From: Intoshia linei | Taxonomy: Eukaryota > Animalia > Orthonectida | Assembly (NCBI GenBank): GCA_001642005.1 | Contig: LWCA01000235.1 | Coordinates: 1-37,895 of the forward strand | Length of the DNA stretch: 37,895 bases | Direction of reading: 5' to 3' | Part shown: piece by piece, positions 10,901 to 22,455 of the stretch | Numbering within the stretch: the stretch's first letter is position 1 | Layout of the letters: every line of letters starts with the position of its first letter | Notes under the pieces: model-generated | Told to the model about the DNA's origin: nothing | The model's database searches: none | The model's input: the letters and a program-made list of their open reading frames with translations, nothing else | Program-made: the position numbers and the translations under genes

Positions 10901-13900
10901 TCTAAAATTGTAACTTTATCAACCAAGCTCATGTCATGTGAAGATTCCATTCAAGATTTAAACTCTGATTTGAATGAAAAAAACATGGAATTGAAAAATT
11001 ACAGTATGTTTCTACATAACATTTTTTTAACGATACATTTACATTATTATTTATTATTAATACCTGTAATAATTCCAACATGTATGAAAATTTAATAATT
11101 TTACAAATTCATTTAGAAATTGATAAAATTAGATAAGAAATTATGCCTGTTAATTTAAATACTCAAAATTGCGCCAACTTAACTTTTTTTACAATCAAGT
11201 ATTCTTTGAAAAAATGTGAAAAAAAGTAATAAAAATGTAATTCACAATTTTTTGTATAATTTAAAATTATTCAAGTATATTTATTCAATTTTGTTAATAT
11301 AAAATTGAAATGTTCTTACCCATTGAAACTTAAATTTAATTGACAAAAACATTAATAAATTAAAATTATGTATGTTCCTTTGCAACTCATTTTTTGGCGC
11401 AATTAAAATTAAAAAAATTGCTATAGGTAATATTTAAATTTAAAATGTATGATTATTTCAGAAATTATTATATCGGAATATGAAAAAAAGAATAAAAAGC
11501 TGTCAAAAAATAATATTTTTTATGATCAAAGTATGATTGAATTGGAAAGTAAAATTAATGAATTTAAAAAAATTGCTGACAAGTATTAAAAATTAATTGT
11601 AAAAAAATGAAAAAATTTTAGATACGAAAATCTGTTGGAAAAGTACAATTTACAAAATCAAGAATTAACAAATATAAATAAACAAAATTTGGAATTGCGT
11701 CAATTAAATTTTGAAAAGGAAGAATTTTATGCTCGGCATAAGCGATTATTTAAATTGTTGGAGGAAGGACGACAAAAGTTTAGTAAATTATCGGCTGAAA
11801 AAGAAAAAATGAAACAAGATTACAATTTAAGAATTTCCGATATTGAAGGGAAAAATAAGACACTTGAAAATGATTACCACGAATTGAAAGAAAATTACGA
11901 GTTTTTACAGAGTCAATCTGAATCTGTTAAAAGTGGCGATGTTTCTAGATTGAATTCCACATTGCCTTTAAATTATGAATTGGAATTAATTTCTTTAAAA
12001 GATAAAGAAAATGATTTAATGGAAAAAATGAAATTACTGCAAGATGTAATTTTAGAAAAAAATGATGTGATCGAAGAAAAATCTAATGAAATTATTCACA
12101 TAAACACAAAAAATTGTAGATATGTAGAAAATATTAGTAATTTGAAAAAATTACTAGCACAGAATGTTGAAAATGAAAGAAAAAATTCTTTTCATATTTC
12201 AAAAATTTTGAAAAAGGAAAATTTAAAATATCAATATATAGTTGATAATTTTACAAAAATTGACTCTTTAGATACAATTTCAACAAGTTTAAATGTTAAA
12301 ATCAATGACATTAGTGAAAAATTAAAAACTTTTAAAATTCAAACAAAACACTGTAAATATAATTTCGACACACTTAAAATAAGATATGATCATATTGTTG
12401 AAAATGTTAAAAAAACTTTTAATGTTGTTTTTGAAAAATTGAAGGACATTGAAGGGAAGTCTATAAATTTAAATATTTTCGATACATTGAATTCTAGTAT
12501 AAATGATTGTTCAAATATTGTTAAATATGGAGTAAATTTCAATTCAATAATCAAAACTATGTCGGATGAATACACTGAGAATGTTGAAAATCATAATGAA
12601 ACTATAAGGAATCTTACTGAATCTCATTGTAATGAACGTTTGCTTTGGGAAAAAAAGTTTAAAGTCATTCCAAAAGTTTTTGAAATATTATCAAACAATT
12701 TCATTGCATTTATAGACAAAATGTCCATTTTAGATAACATTGATAAAATGACTGATAAATTACAGGTATTAATTATAAAATCTATTATTTTGTGTATAAT
12801 TTTACAACAGAAGAATGACGAAATAATTGATATAAATATTTTACAAAAAAAATTAAACTGTTCATTGAAAACTACGGAAGATTTAAAATTAATGATGAAA
12901 ACCATGTCGGATGATTACGCCGAAAAACTTGAAGATCACAATGAAACTTTAAACAATCTTGCTGAATCACATTCTAATGAACGTTTGTTTTGGGAAAAGA
13001 AGTTTAATGTAGTACCAAAGGTTTTTGAGACATTATCAAACAATTTTGTTAACAGTTTCAACAAGATGTCTATTTTAGATAATATTGACAAAATGGCTGA
13101 TAGATTGCAGGTTTTAATAATAAAATCTGTTATATTATGTATAATTATTCAACAAAAGAATGATGAAATAATTGATGTAAATATATTAAATGAAAAATTA
13201 AACTGTTCATTGAAAACAACAGAAGATTTAAAATTAATGATGAAAATCATGTCGGATGATTACGCCGAAAAACTTGAAGATCACAATGAAACTTTAAACA
13301 ATCTTGCTGAATCACATTCTAATGAAATTTTGCTTTGGAAAAAGAAGTTTAACGTAATACCGAAAGTTTTTGAGACATTATCAAAAAATTTTGTCAGCAG
13401 TTTCAACAAAATGTCTATTTTAGATTATATTAATAAAATGGCTGATAGATTGCAGGTTTTAATAATAAAATCAGTTATATTGTGTATGATTATTCAAAAA
13501 AAGAATGACGAAATAATTGATGTAAATATATTAAAAGATAAATTAAACTGTTCATTGAAAACCACAGAATATTTAAAATCAATGATGAAAGCAATGACGG
13601 ATGCTTATGCTGAAAAATTGGAAGATCATAATGAAACTGTACACCATCTTGCTGAATCACATTCTGAGAAAACTTTGTGTTGGAAAAAAAAGTTTAATAT
13701 AATTGTTGAAACATTATCAGATAAGGTCATTACAAATTTAAAAGAAAAAGAAATTTTTGACTGGACTGATAAAATGACTAATAAATTACAAGTTTTGATA
13801 TCAAAAGCATCAATTTTAAATGATTGTCTGAAAGAAAAAGAAAACAAAATACTTGATACGAGACAATTACTATATGAAGCATTAAACCAAATAAAAATAT

Positions 13901-16900
13901 TAAAACAATGCAAGTCAAAATCAAAGCATTTTTTAAATGAAAATATAATCGCTTTATTGGATAGTATTATGTTGGTTTTAAACGATAAAAAATCTGAATT
14001 TAACAATTACTTTTTAATTATAAACAATAAATTAATTTTAATTCAAAATGGTCTCGATAAAATTCAAAAAAAAGTTCAAAATTACGATATATTGAAAAAT
14101 GAACTAATTTCATCCAAAGATGAGATTAGTTTGATCAATTTAAAAAGTTGCCAACAAAGTGATGATATACGAAATTGTGAAACTAAAATGAAGGAGATTT
14201 TATACGATTTTAACAATTATAAATTAAATATTTGTTCGAAATTAAAGAAATTGATATCAATAGTTCCGAATGATTCAAATTACAATCTCAAAGACCATTC
14301 TGAGTCTGATTTTGATGAAAATTTTGATAATTTGTATCTAAATCTAAAACAACAATTGTCACATATTTTTGATTGTGATCAAAATTCGACGTTAACCGCA
14401 ACCAACATTAGCAAGGAACAAACTGTTGATAGTCAAGAAAACAATGTTTTTGATTTTGTTGGTTTAAATCCCCAGGTGTATAATATTCCTTATCAGAAAA
14501 TCAATGAAACCAAATTTTATTTAGGTTTGTCAAAACTTTTATAATTAGTATTCCTCAAGGGTGATTCTCAAATTCTTACACACTCGTTTCCGTCATAATT
14601 TTTCACGTTTTTTATTTAGTTATGATCCATACGATCACGAAATTTTTTTAAATGGATAAATGATTCATTTGTAAAATGTAAACTGAATACAATGACGCTT
14701 GTGGAGCCTACTCTCTAGAACAGTGTCCACCAAACGTTTTGACATGGGGGCCGGAATAATTAGAAAATATCAGCGGGTCAGATGGAAAATATACATGACG
14801 GTATTTTAAATTACGATGTAAAATTTAAATTAATAAGTTTCTCATGATCTAGAAATGACAAGTCGATAGTATATATTTAACATCTAAGTCGATGATATAT
14901 GATAATTTGTAAGATATTACCGGTGTATTTTGTATTATATTTGTTATTCGCAGGCCGGATAAAATGCAATTGGACTGTAGTTTAGTGGTCACTCCTCTAG
15001 AGCGACATAATCATTGATCTTACTAATTTATCATATTGATTTTTTCAAGAAATTTTTGTGGGTTTCTTTAGGGAAAAAGTTTCATCCAATTTTAAAACAA
15101 TTTGAAGATAACTTTGGGTCTAAAATTTGATTGGTTTTTAATCCAATTTTTAAATATTTTTATGATAATTTTTCGACCTAAATTTTGTGGAGTTTTTCAA
15201 ATGAACATTTTTTTTATCCAATTTTTAAAGATTTTAAAGGTACTTTAAAATGTTAAATGAAAATGAAAAAAGCTTACCTTTAAAAACCGTATCAAATTTT
15301 GGTCCCAAAATTATTTTCAAAATCTTGAAAAATTGGGTGAAAATAAGTTTCCCTTAAAAACCCTATTAAATTTTCACCCCAAAATTATCTTCAAAATGTT
15401 TAAAAATTGGTTGAAAAAATAAATAATATGATTAATTAGCAAAATCTATAATTATGTCGCTCTAACAATACATCGCTCAACTGAATGTTCGCCACGCTTG
15501 TGAGTCTCACAAATTTTTAATGTTTAGAACTAATCACTCGGAAAAAAGGATTTTTCCTTCATGGTTGCTAAAATTTTGGTTTTTTATTTTGTGTTGGATT
15601 AACAATTTTTTCTGGTAAGGTTTGGTAAAATCGAAGTTTTCAAAAAAATGTAGGAAAAGAGATTTTACCTTAACGTAATACTGAGTTGATAAAATTGAAT
15701 TTTTTATTTTGGGGTTGAATTAAAACGTTTTTTGAAAAATTGTGAGAAGGGTTTTTATATAAAGGACTTGAAATGGTATTTTTTATTAAATATTGTTAAT
15801 GGTATGATTAAAGTGGAATTTTTAAAATAATAATTTCACAGTCTTCTAATGATAAAATTTTATTTTGGGATAAAATCCCAACATGTGTCAACTTTAAGTA
15901 ATTATTTTACAGAAATAAATCAATTTTTTAATTTTTCTGGTAACATCTTCGACCATGACCAAATCTTCCGTTTTCGAAATATAAACCAAGTGTGTATTTC
16001 ATGTAAAAAAATAATCAAAACGTCTAAGGGTTAACATCGACAGCAAAGGTGGACAATTGGTACCAATACAAAAAAATTGATTTAAATCTTTGTAAATGAA
16101 ACATTTTCAATTTTTAACTTATTCATATTTAAAAAAACTTTATGTTCGACCCGCCCGAGGGATCTAATATTTATAGTCATAACAAATTTGTTACCTTTAG
16201 TTATATTATTATTTTAGGTGAAATTTTTAATCCTGTTCAACCAATGACATTTTTCAATGGTGATAATCTACCTATACCATGTAAAGACCTTGATTTGAAT
16301 GAAAGCGGTCAAGGTTTAATTTTGTAAAAAATATACTTATACATAAATCAGAGGTTGGGCAATTTACGGTCCACGTTTTTATTGGCTTCAAGAAAATTAC
16401 CGAATGTTTTTGTTACATATATATTTTCAAATATAAATCATGCCATAAAAAACGTGACTATTTTACGCCTGGATACCTTCATTGAAGTCTTATTACATTA
16501 ATTTGAAATATAGATACGACATATTTTGTGGGTAACTCGATAAACACAAACATGAAATCTAATGAGGACATTTATTTGGACGCCATCAACACGAAAATAA
16601 ATAACATTAATTTTACACCATCCCCAATATCAACATCTCAAGATAACATATCATTGAAGAGAATTGATCAACTTCAAAAACGAAACAAAATATGTCCAAA
16701 TCATTTAAAATCCAACTATCCATTAGAATTAATGACTGCTCCACCTTCACAAAACATTAAATTAACGGGAACACCAATACTCGAATCAAAAAAAGGTGCA
16801 ATTGAGCAGGATAGTTTGAATGTAGATTATCAGCAAAAAAAGAAAAAGGTTTTATAATGTTCGTTGACGAAATTGTTAATAATATTTAAATTTAGAAAAA

Positions 16901-16940
16901 CTCTTTGAAAAAGTTATTTAAAGCAAAAAAACGATTTTAA
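7951..16940 (+). CDS. NUMA1: NuMA/Mud-like spindle protein: Hook/CH-like head, long coiled coil, C-terminal NLM motif
   Basis: N-terminus MILSSQKVDCLLNW|LNMCLE..VSDIAKLRDGTVFLKITNI (cf. NuMA LLSWVNSL..LQDCSIFIKII); EICAVLLLLVVCALICEN; giant exon 11622-14524; C-terminal RIDQLQKRNKICPNHLKSNYPLE (cf. RIAELQQRNRVCPPHLKTCYPLE); last exon 16896-16940. Confidence 0.85.
8725..9032. mobile_element. MITE with 19-bp TIRs in NuMA intron 2
   Basis: CAGGGGCGGATCCAAGAGG versus the reverse complement of the right end, CAGGGTCGGATTCAAGGGG. Confidence 0.75.
9284..9410 (+). mobile_element. Second copy of the 3107-3287 hAT MITE family
   Basis: CAGCGTTTCCCAAATATTGGTC...TTGCCTAGTAATTT...CGCCATGAAA aligns with the reverse complement of 3107-3287. 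Confidence 0.65.
9499..10155 (+). mobile_element. hAT MITE (family of 4260-4430) interrupted by a nested element
   Basis: CAGGGCCGTGGAG start and CTCCCCACGGTTATG end; internal identity with 4260-4430 on both sides of the insertion. Confidence 0.7.
9744..10090. mobile_element. Nested Buster-type hAT MITE
   Basis: TIRs CGGTGCTTCCCAA / TTGGAAAGCAATG; TSD gattaagc (9736-9743) / gattaatc (10091-10098), an NNNTANNN target. Confidence 0.8.
12553..13820 (+). repeat. In-frame tandem repeat, 345 bp (115 aa) x about 3.7, inside the NuMA coiled-coil exon
   Basis: Units start at 12553, 12898, 13243 and 13588 (KTMSDxYxEKLEDHNET...LQVLIIKSxILCIIxQ...). Confidence 0.95.
14721..14994. mobile_element. Buster/Charlie-type hAT MITE in a NuMA intron
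   Basis: TIRs CAGTGTCCACCAAAC / GTTTAGTGGTCACTC; TSD ctctagaa (14713-14720) / ctctagag (14995-15002). Confidence 0.8.
14998..15464. mobile_element. Foldback-like palindromic element with long subrepeat-built arms
   Basis: TAGAGCGACATAAT... at left and ...ATTATGTCGCTCTA at right; each arm is built of ~60-70 bp ccaattttt...gataattttggg subrepeats in inverted orientation. Confidence 0.75.
15530..15840. repeat. Interspersed repeat, inverse homolog of about 19850-20850
   Basis: Shared blocks: ttttattttggggttgaa / ttcaaccccaaaataaaaa; aaagtggaatttttaaaataataat / attattatttaaaaatcccacttt. Confidence 0.55.
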
Positions 16941-17942
16941 TTAAATTTTAGTTTTGTATGCATAATGCAGTTTTCCTACATCATCATTTGAGATAAATTC
17001 CCAACCATTTTCGTTGATATGATAAACTAAAATGATGTATATAAATTAATCATGAAATGAAACCATTCACGGCGCCACCACTGGCAGCATCACGATGTGT
17101 TGCATGATAAATTGCTCTTCTACCTAGATCTATAGCTTCCGGTTTGGTTAGGTTCCATTTGTATCCATTGTCCAGTATTCCGTAGGCATAAGTGGACCCC
17201 GAACCAACAGAAAAAATATCATTGGTCAACCTTACTCCATCATTATCTACATAATAGATTTGCATTCCCTAAAATATTAATATTGTAAATTAAGTCAAAA
17301 TAGTACTTTATGATCAGCTCCGCAAACCATAGTACCCTATTTAAGATTAAATTAAAAAATCAATTTTTAAAATATTTTCAAACCATTGATAAACCCATTC
17401 CTTTATATTGTCCAACCATGTTTGCCAAAACTTTCGATGCAACGGAAACTGTAATTCTTTTTTTGTTTCGTAGTTCATACAAGCTAAAATTTAACTGACA
17501 ATTTTTAAAATCAAAATGTACTTGCACTCTGTCGTTAAAACACGTTCCCAAAATGAACAATCTGCAGCACCACCGGCCATGGTACCCAACAAATACTTGT
17601 TAATTTTAATTACTTTTTTCACCGACCCAGAAGCTAATTATAATAAGAAATTTTTTTTAAATTAAAAACCAATCCATGTTCCAGCTGTAGCTCTCGAATC
17701 CACTGCAACAACCAACCCTTTCCCATAAACAAATGCCAATGTGGTCGTACCACGATTAAAATTGAATTTTACTTTGGATTGGTTGAACCCCTTGAAATTA
17801 ATTTTAAAATTATTGTAATTCAAACCAAAAAGGGCTTGCATAATAAGGGTCTTTCAAAATCTACATTTTCTTCATTGGACGAATCTTTTTGTGTGATTTT
17901 TGCAATAGTTTCATCCAAACCACAGATTTTTGATAATGACAT
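16941..17942 (-). CDS. PSMB5: Proteasome subunit beta type-5, multi-exon
   Basis: Propeptide then G|[69 protein letters not shown]. Confidence 0.95.
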
Positions 17943-18101
17943 TTTCAGGTTATTTTTAATATAATTTAAACTTTATATAATTATAAAAAGTGCTTATCAA
18001 CAAAAAAGTGCGCAATCAGATTGTCTGCTTGGTACATTTATTTTATTTATTTACACTGGTTTAGTTTTTATTTTATCAATTACTCGATTTATATAAGTAA
18101 T

Positions 18102-18904
18102 ATGACCGCCGAAAAATTATATGAGGTAATTATCTTAATTTCACTATTTCATTTTCTTATTATTTTAGCTTTCAAAATCTCGTTTCATTTCTGTTAGTGA
18201 GTTTAAGGGTAAACAATTTGTTAATATTCGAGAATATTATGAACAGGATGGAGAATTAAAACCTGGTCGAAAAGGTATACTTTATTTCAGAGTTATTTTG
18301 TCCGGTCCCAATATGCAGTCAAAAACGAGGAATACTATTTCCTAACTTATATAATATGCTACACGATTTTTGTTTGTGTGTGTGTCTGTGTGTTCTCAGC
18401 TTTATTTAAATAACTACCCGTCTTAGATTTTTATAAAGTCCACATTTCAGTTTTTTCCGGGGTGTTCGCAACCATAATTTCAATCTCACATCTTACGGAT
18501 CAAAAACCCCAATGTCCCTCTTCGAAAATCAAACGAGTTGGAGAATTTAAAAAAATATATATGTTGATACGGATTTTAAAATCATAAACATTATGATAAA
18601 TTTAAATTTAAAAAAATTATATCTTCAGGGCCCAAACCCCAAATTACCGTTTTTTTTTAATGAAAACAACCCTAGAATTTCGAAAAATGTGCTTTCGGCA
18701 GAGCTAGGTCCTGTTTCTACGTAGTACATAAAAGTCAACCTAGTATCATTATATTTGGCCGCACAGCTCAAAATTTCAATAATCAAAAAGATTTGGGCAA
18801 CTGACTTAATCTATTTACATTATTTTTAAGGTATATCTCTAACCAAAGAACAATGGGAGAAAGTTAAAGAACATACTGATAAAATTGATGAATGTTTTAA
18901 TTAA
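18102..18904 (+). CDS. SUB1: PC4/SUB1 ssDNA-binding coactivator, minimal ~67 aa, copy A (3 exons); not in the ORF track
   Basis: MTAEKLYE|LSKSRFISVSEFKGKQFVNIREYYEQDGELKPGRKG|ISLTKEQWEKVKEHTDKIDECFN*. Confidence 0.92.
18340..18744 (+). mobile_element. Non-autonomous Helitron-like element in SUB1-A intron 2
   Basis: 5' TC..TATATAAT followed by a (GT)n/GTCT microsatellite; 3' CTAGG...CCTAG inverted repeat ending CTAG-T. Its 3' ~47 bp recurs at about 21654-21700. Confidence 0.5.
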
Positions 18905-18929
18905 AATAAATTTTTTTATGAATATGCTG

Positions 18930-19710
18930 AGATTCAATGATATCAACCAAGTTCTTTAGAAACCCAATAAAGGAAAATAAATGTTAGCAATGCTATTTTC
19001 GACAAATTTTTAATTTTAAAGTGAATTTGAAATGTATTTAATTTATTTCCCAAGTGATTCATCCAGATTCTAGAAAAATGTTTACATTGTTAGATTTTGC
19101 TTTACTATTAATTGATTATTAGATAAAGGTATACCATTACGAATATTGTATCTGACTAGGTTGAGATTGAAACTTGTAGCAATATTAATTATCTACATTT
19201 TGAATTATGTAGAAAAAACTCAATATTAATATTTCTGCATTACTTTAAAATAAATCAATGATAAGAATCAGGATCATGTGTTTTCTCGACATAATTTTGA
19301 CATTAATTATAAAAGTTTGCTACTCTGCATTTGATTTTTGATTAGATAAAACATTAATTTTGTCACTAATTTTTCATGAAAATTTATTGTTATCTTTGTA
19401 TCGTCGTTATTGAACTCAGTGATAAGATTATTGTTAAAAGTAATTATGATTTTTTTATATCATAAGTGTGAATGATTCTATATCGTAGTTTTAACAAATG
19501 AATTTTTGTTTATGCTTTGATAAATACCGTGATAAGTCATCTACGATCTGTATTTTAAGCAATAAGCTGATTTTTTTCTTTTAAGTTCATTGATTTTCAA
19601 ATTTATAGTTGCAGTTTGTACTAAATTGATATTTTCTACCATAAAAAATATTTTTATTATCGCAATTTTTGGTTTATACAAATTTGTATGCAAAAATTTC
19701 GTTAAATACT
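18930..19710 (-). pseudogene. Highly decayed non-LTR retrotransposon (AP endonuclease region) fragment
   Basis: Scattered motifs in LINE order across broken frames: IAII, YRS, IIITFN, KTH..IDLF*SN, ANIYFP..TWL; many stops. Confidence 0.3.
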
Positions 19711-20097
19711 TAGATCACTGGTTCCTGATTGAGATCTTGGTGGTCCAAAACCATTCCTGGGTCCGTGAGATTTAAAAAACATTATAAACTTTTTTAATTT
19801 TTAATAGATTTGTCAGATGTTGGGTATTTATCCCAATGCCTAGACCACGGTACATTATTATTTAAAAATCCCACTTTTATCCTATTATTAATAAAAGTTA
19901 CAATTTTAAATTCCTTTATTATGGAAAATCCCTTTTTTTTGACAAACACAATTTTATCAAATCTTTATATTTCAACCCCAAAATAAAAATCTAATTTTAG
20001 CAATTCTTGTGAGTAACAATGTTTTGCAGCGGAAATATCATCTTTTTCCAATATTTTTTTGAAAAATCCGATTTTACCAATTCTTATGACTTATAAA

Positions 20098-20769
20098 TAG
20101 AGTTCAACGTTTTTGTGGGAACCTATTTAATACTTCAATTACACGATAATGATGTTACTAAAACACCTAATTATTTTATAATATTAATTAAAAATATAAA
20201 AGTAATAACTGTTGATAATTTAAATTTCGTATATGTATTTAAAGGCTTTTAATGTTATATATTTACAAGCCAAAAAATAGATGCACACAATAAATTTTAA
20301 ACCATATTGAAATGAGTAAAACTTCAGGATCAAAAAATACGAAAACATCCTCACGTGATTTATTTGTAAATTCAGTTGATTATTTTTCACAAGAAAACAA
20401 TTCCACGTTTTGTGAAGTGTGTCAGGTTGATATTAAAACGACACAGAACCATGGAAAATCTGTTTTACAAATGCATATGAAAAGCGAAAAACATCAAGAA
20501 AATTTCATTTTTTCAAATGATGATACTAAAGAAGACAAATTAAAAATTAATGTACATGAAACGCTAGTAAAAGCTTTTGTGTCTTCCGGAATACCTTTAA
20601 ATACTGTCGACAATCCAGATATGATATATATTTTCAAACATACAGAACAGTTAATTTGCCTAAATTAGTTGCTAAAAATTAAATGATCACTTCTACAACA
20701 AACCATTTTAAATAATAAAATGTAAAATTTTAATAATTAAATAGATTCACACTATAACGTTGAACCCTA
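20098..20769 (+). mobile_element. Deleted hAT-like element carrying a zinc-finger transposase N-terminus (ORF 20312-20668)
   Basis: TIRs TAGAGTTCAACGTT / AACGTTGAACCCTA; degenerate 8-bp TSD cttataaa/ctcataac. The ORF has FCEVC-x17-H-x5-H and LVKAFVSSGIPLNTVDNP (CGGBP1/hAT-like). Inserted within the 19850-20850 repeat. Confidence 0.75.
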
Positions 20770-21812
20770 CTCATAACTTATGAGTAACAACTTCCTAATT
20801 CAAAATAAAAAATATAATTTTACTAAATTTATGAGAAAAAATTACAGGTGGTACAGTTGTATCCTGTTAACACAAAAAAAATTTCAATCTGAATAAGTGA
20901 CGCTTTTAAGGTCAAAAAAGGACTTTAGTATTGATATATTTTTTTCCGAAATATTTTAACAAAAACAAAAAATATGAAATAATTAACTGTCCGAAAATGA
21001 AAAAAGAGATTATTCCAGTTGATATAAATACAAAATTTCAATCCCAGAAATCTACGTATTCCCGGCAAAAAATAATTTTTAATATATTATCAACCAGTAT
21101 TTTTCACATATTTTAATTAAAATAAAAATAGAAAATTTCATTGAACGTCTACACATTTCCAATAAAGAAATATTGGTGAAAATCTATAATTTATTCCTTC
21201 AGATTTTTATTCATTGCTACTCAATTTTTCATTCTCAAATTTTCATTTTCAAAATTTTATTTTAAAACTAAAAGTATAACTTTGTTATTATCATTTTTGT
21301 ATTTATTACAATGCTTTGCCATGTTGGTGAAATTCATCCGAAATGTGTTTTTAATCATTGAAAGAAGATACTGAGTATACAGGTTTATTTACAATTTTAT
21401 TTTTTATTGTATTTAAGCTATTTTGGTTTTATTTTTAAGATCATACCCTCCATTATCTCTAATAAATGGGATAATAAAATTGTTTTTAAAATTTTATACA
21501 AAAATGATAACCAAATAAAATTAAGTAAGAATTATTTATTTTAAATTAAAAGGTAATGTGAAATTCAAGTTTAGTAATGACTTCTTTAAATGATTGTTAA
21601 TTAAGATTTTATTATTGAATTTATTTTTTTGGTAGAATTAGATAAGTCCCCTCGACAGAGCTAGGTGCTGTTTGTACGTAGTGGATAACAGTCAACCTAA
21701 TACATTATAATTTTCACTTTTTCATTTGAAATCGTTTTGATATTTGCTGAATATCAGCATATTTACATTTCGAGTTATTTTTACTTTTTTATTTTATACT
21801 TTATTCAAGAAA

Positions 21813-22447
21813 ATGAATGACGAGAAATTGCTTAGAGTAATTGGACATTTAAAAAAACAAATATTAAAATTTACTTATAGATTTCGAGTAAACGATACAT
21901 TTCTGTGAATGAATATAAAGGTATGCAGTTGGTGAGTATACGTGAATATTATGAACAGGATGGTAGATTAAAACCGTCTACTAAAGGTAAATTTAAAATT
22001 CAGGTACCAGAAACATTTAGTAACTACAAATGTAGTAAATCGGATGGTTGATTTTGTGGTATGAATCGGAGTCGCCCTAAAAAAATGGTGCTTTTATGTT
22101 ATTTACTTAATATATCAGCGAGAAATCGTTTTTTCTGGTAAATATTCTTAAATTCACAAATGTCAATAATAAGTAATAAACTATTGGTTCAATTCCAGGT
22201 CTAGCTGTATTTTAATTCATTTTTAGTCAAATAATAAAATATTTTGTAGAGGACATTTGATAATTTTAATAAATACATGTATGTATAAAGCGAACATGGA
22301 AATTCAGTATATAATATAAACGTGATCATATCTGTTGACTCCTAGTGTAATTTAATTTAAAATATGTTAATAGGAATATCCCTTACAAAACACCAGTGGA
22401 AAATGCTCAAGGAACACATCTATAAAATTGACAGATTATTAAAATAG
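21813..22447 (+). CDS. SUB1: PC4/SUB1 paralog, minimal ~67 aa, copy B (3 exons, same intron positions)
   Basis: MNDEKLLR|ISSKRYISVNEYKGMQLVSIREYYEQDGRLKPSTKG|ISLTKHQWKMLKEHIYKIDRLLK*. Confidence 0.9.
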
Positions 22448-22455
22448 AATAACAT

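Noticed and set aside
11140-11430. E2F-like TTGGCGC sites in a NuMA intron (also about 6567)
   Set aside because: They are arranged as inverted ends (AATTGCGCCAA / TTGGCGCAATT), more consistent with a decayed MITE than an enhancer.
12553-13820. CRISPR-like array
   Set aside because: The units are 345-bp in-frame coding repeats without unique spacers, in a eukaryotic context.
12390-14006. Antisense ORFs 12390-12575, 12624-12905 and 13626-14006
   Set aside because: Shadow ORFs of the NuMA exon. The same applies to most other 60-130 aa ORFs overlapping exons or TEs, e.g. 4171-4383, 7893-8081, 9680-9913, 24387-24587.
17741-17760. PSMB5 propeptide junction NRG/TTT instead of HG/TTT
   Set aside because: A basic residue at -2 is also known from other eukaryotic beta5 subunits; the catalytic Thr1, Asp17 and Lys33 context is intact.
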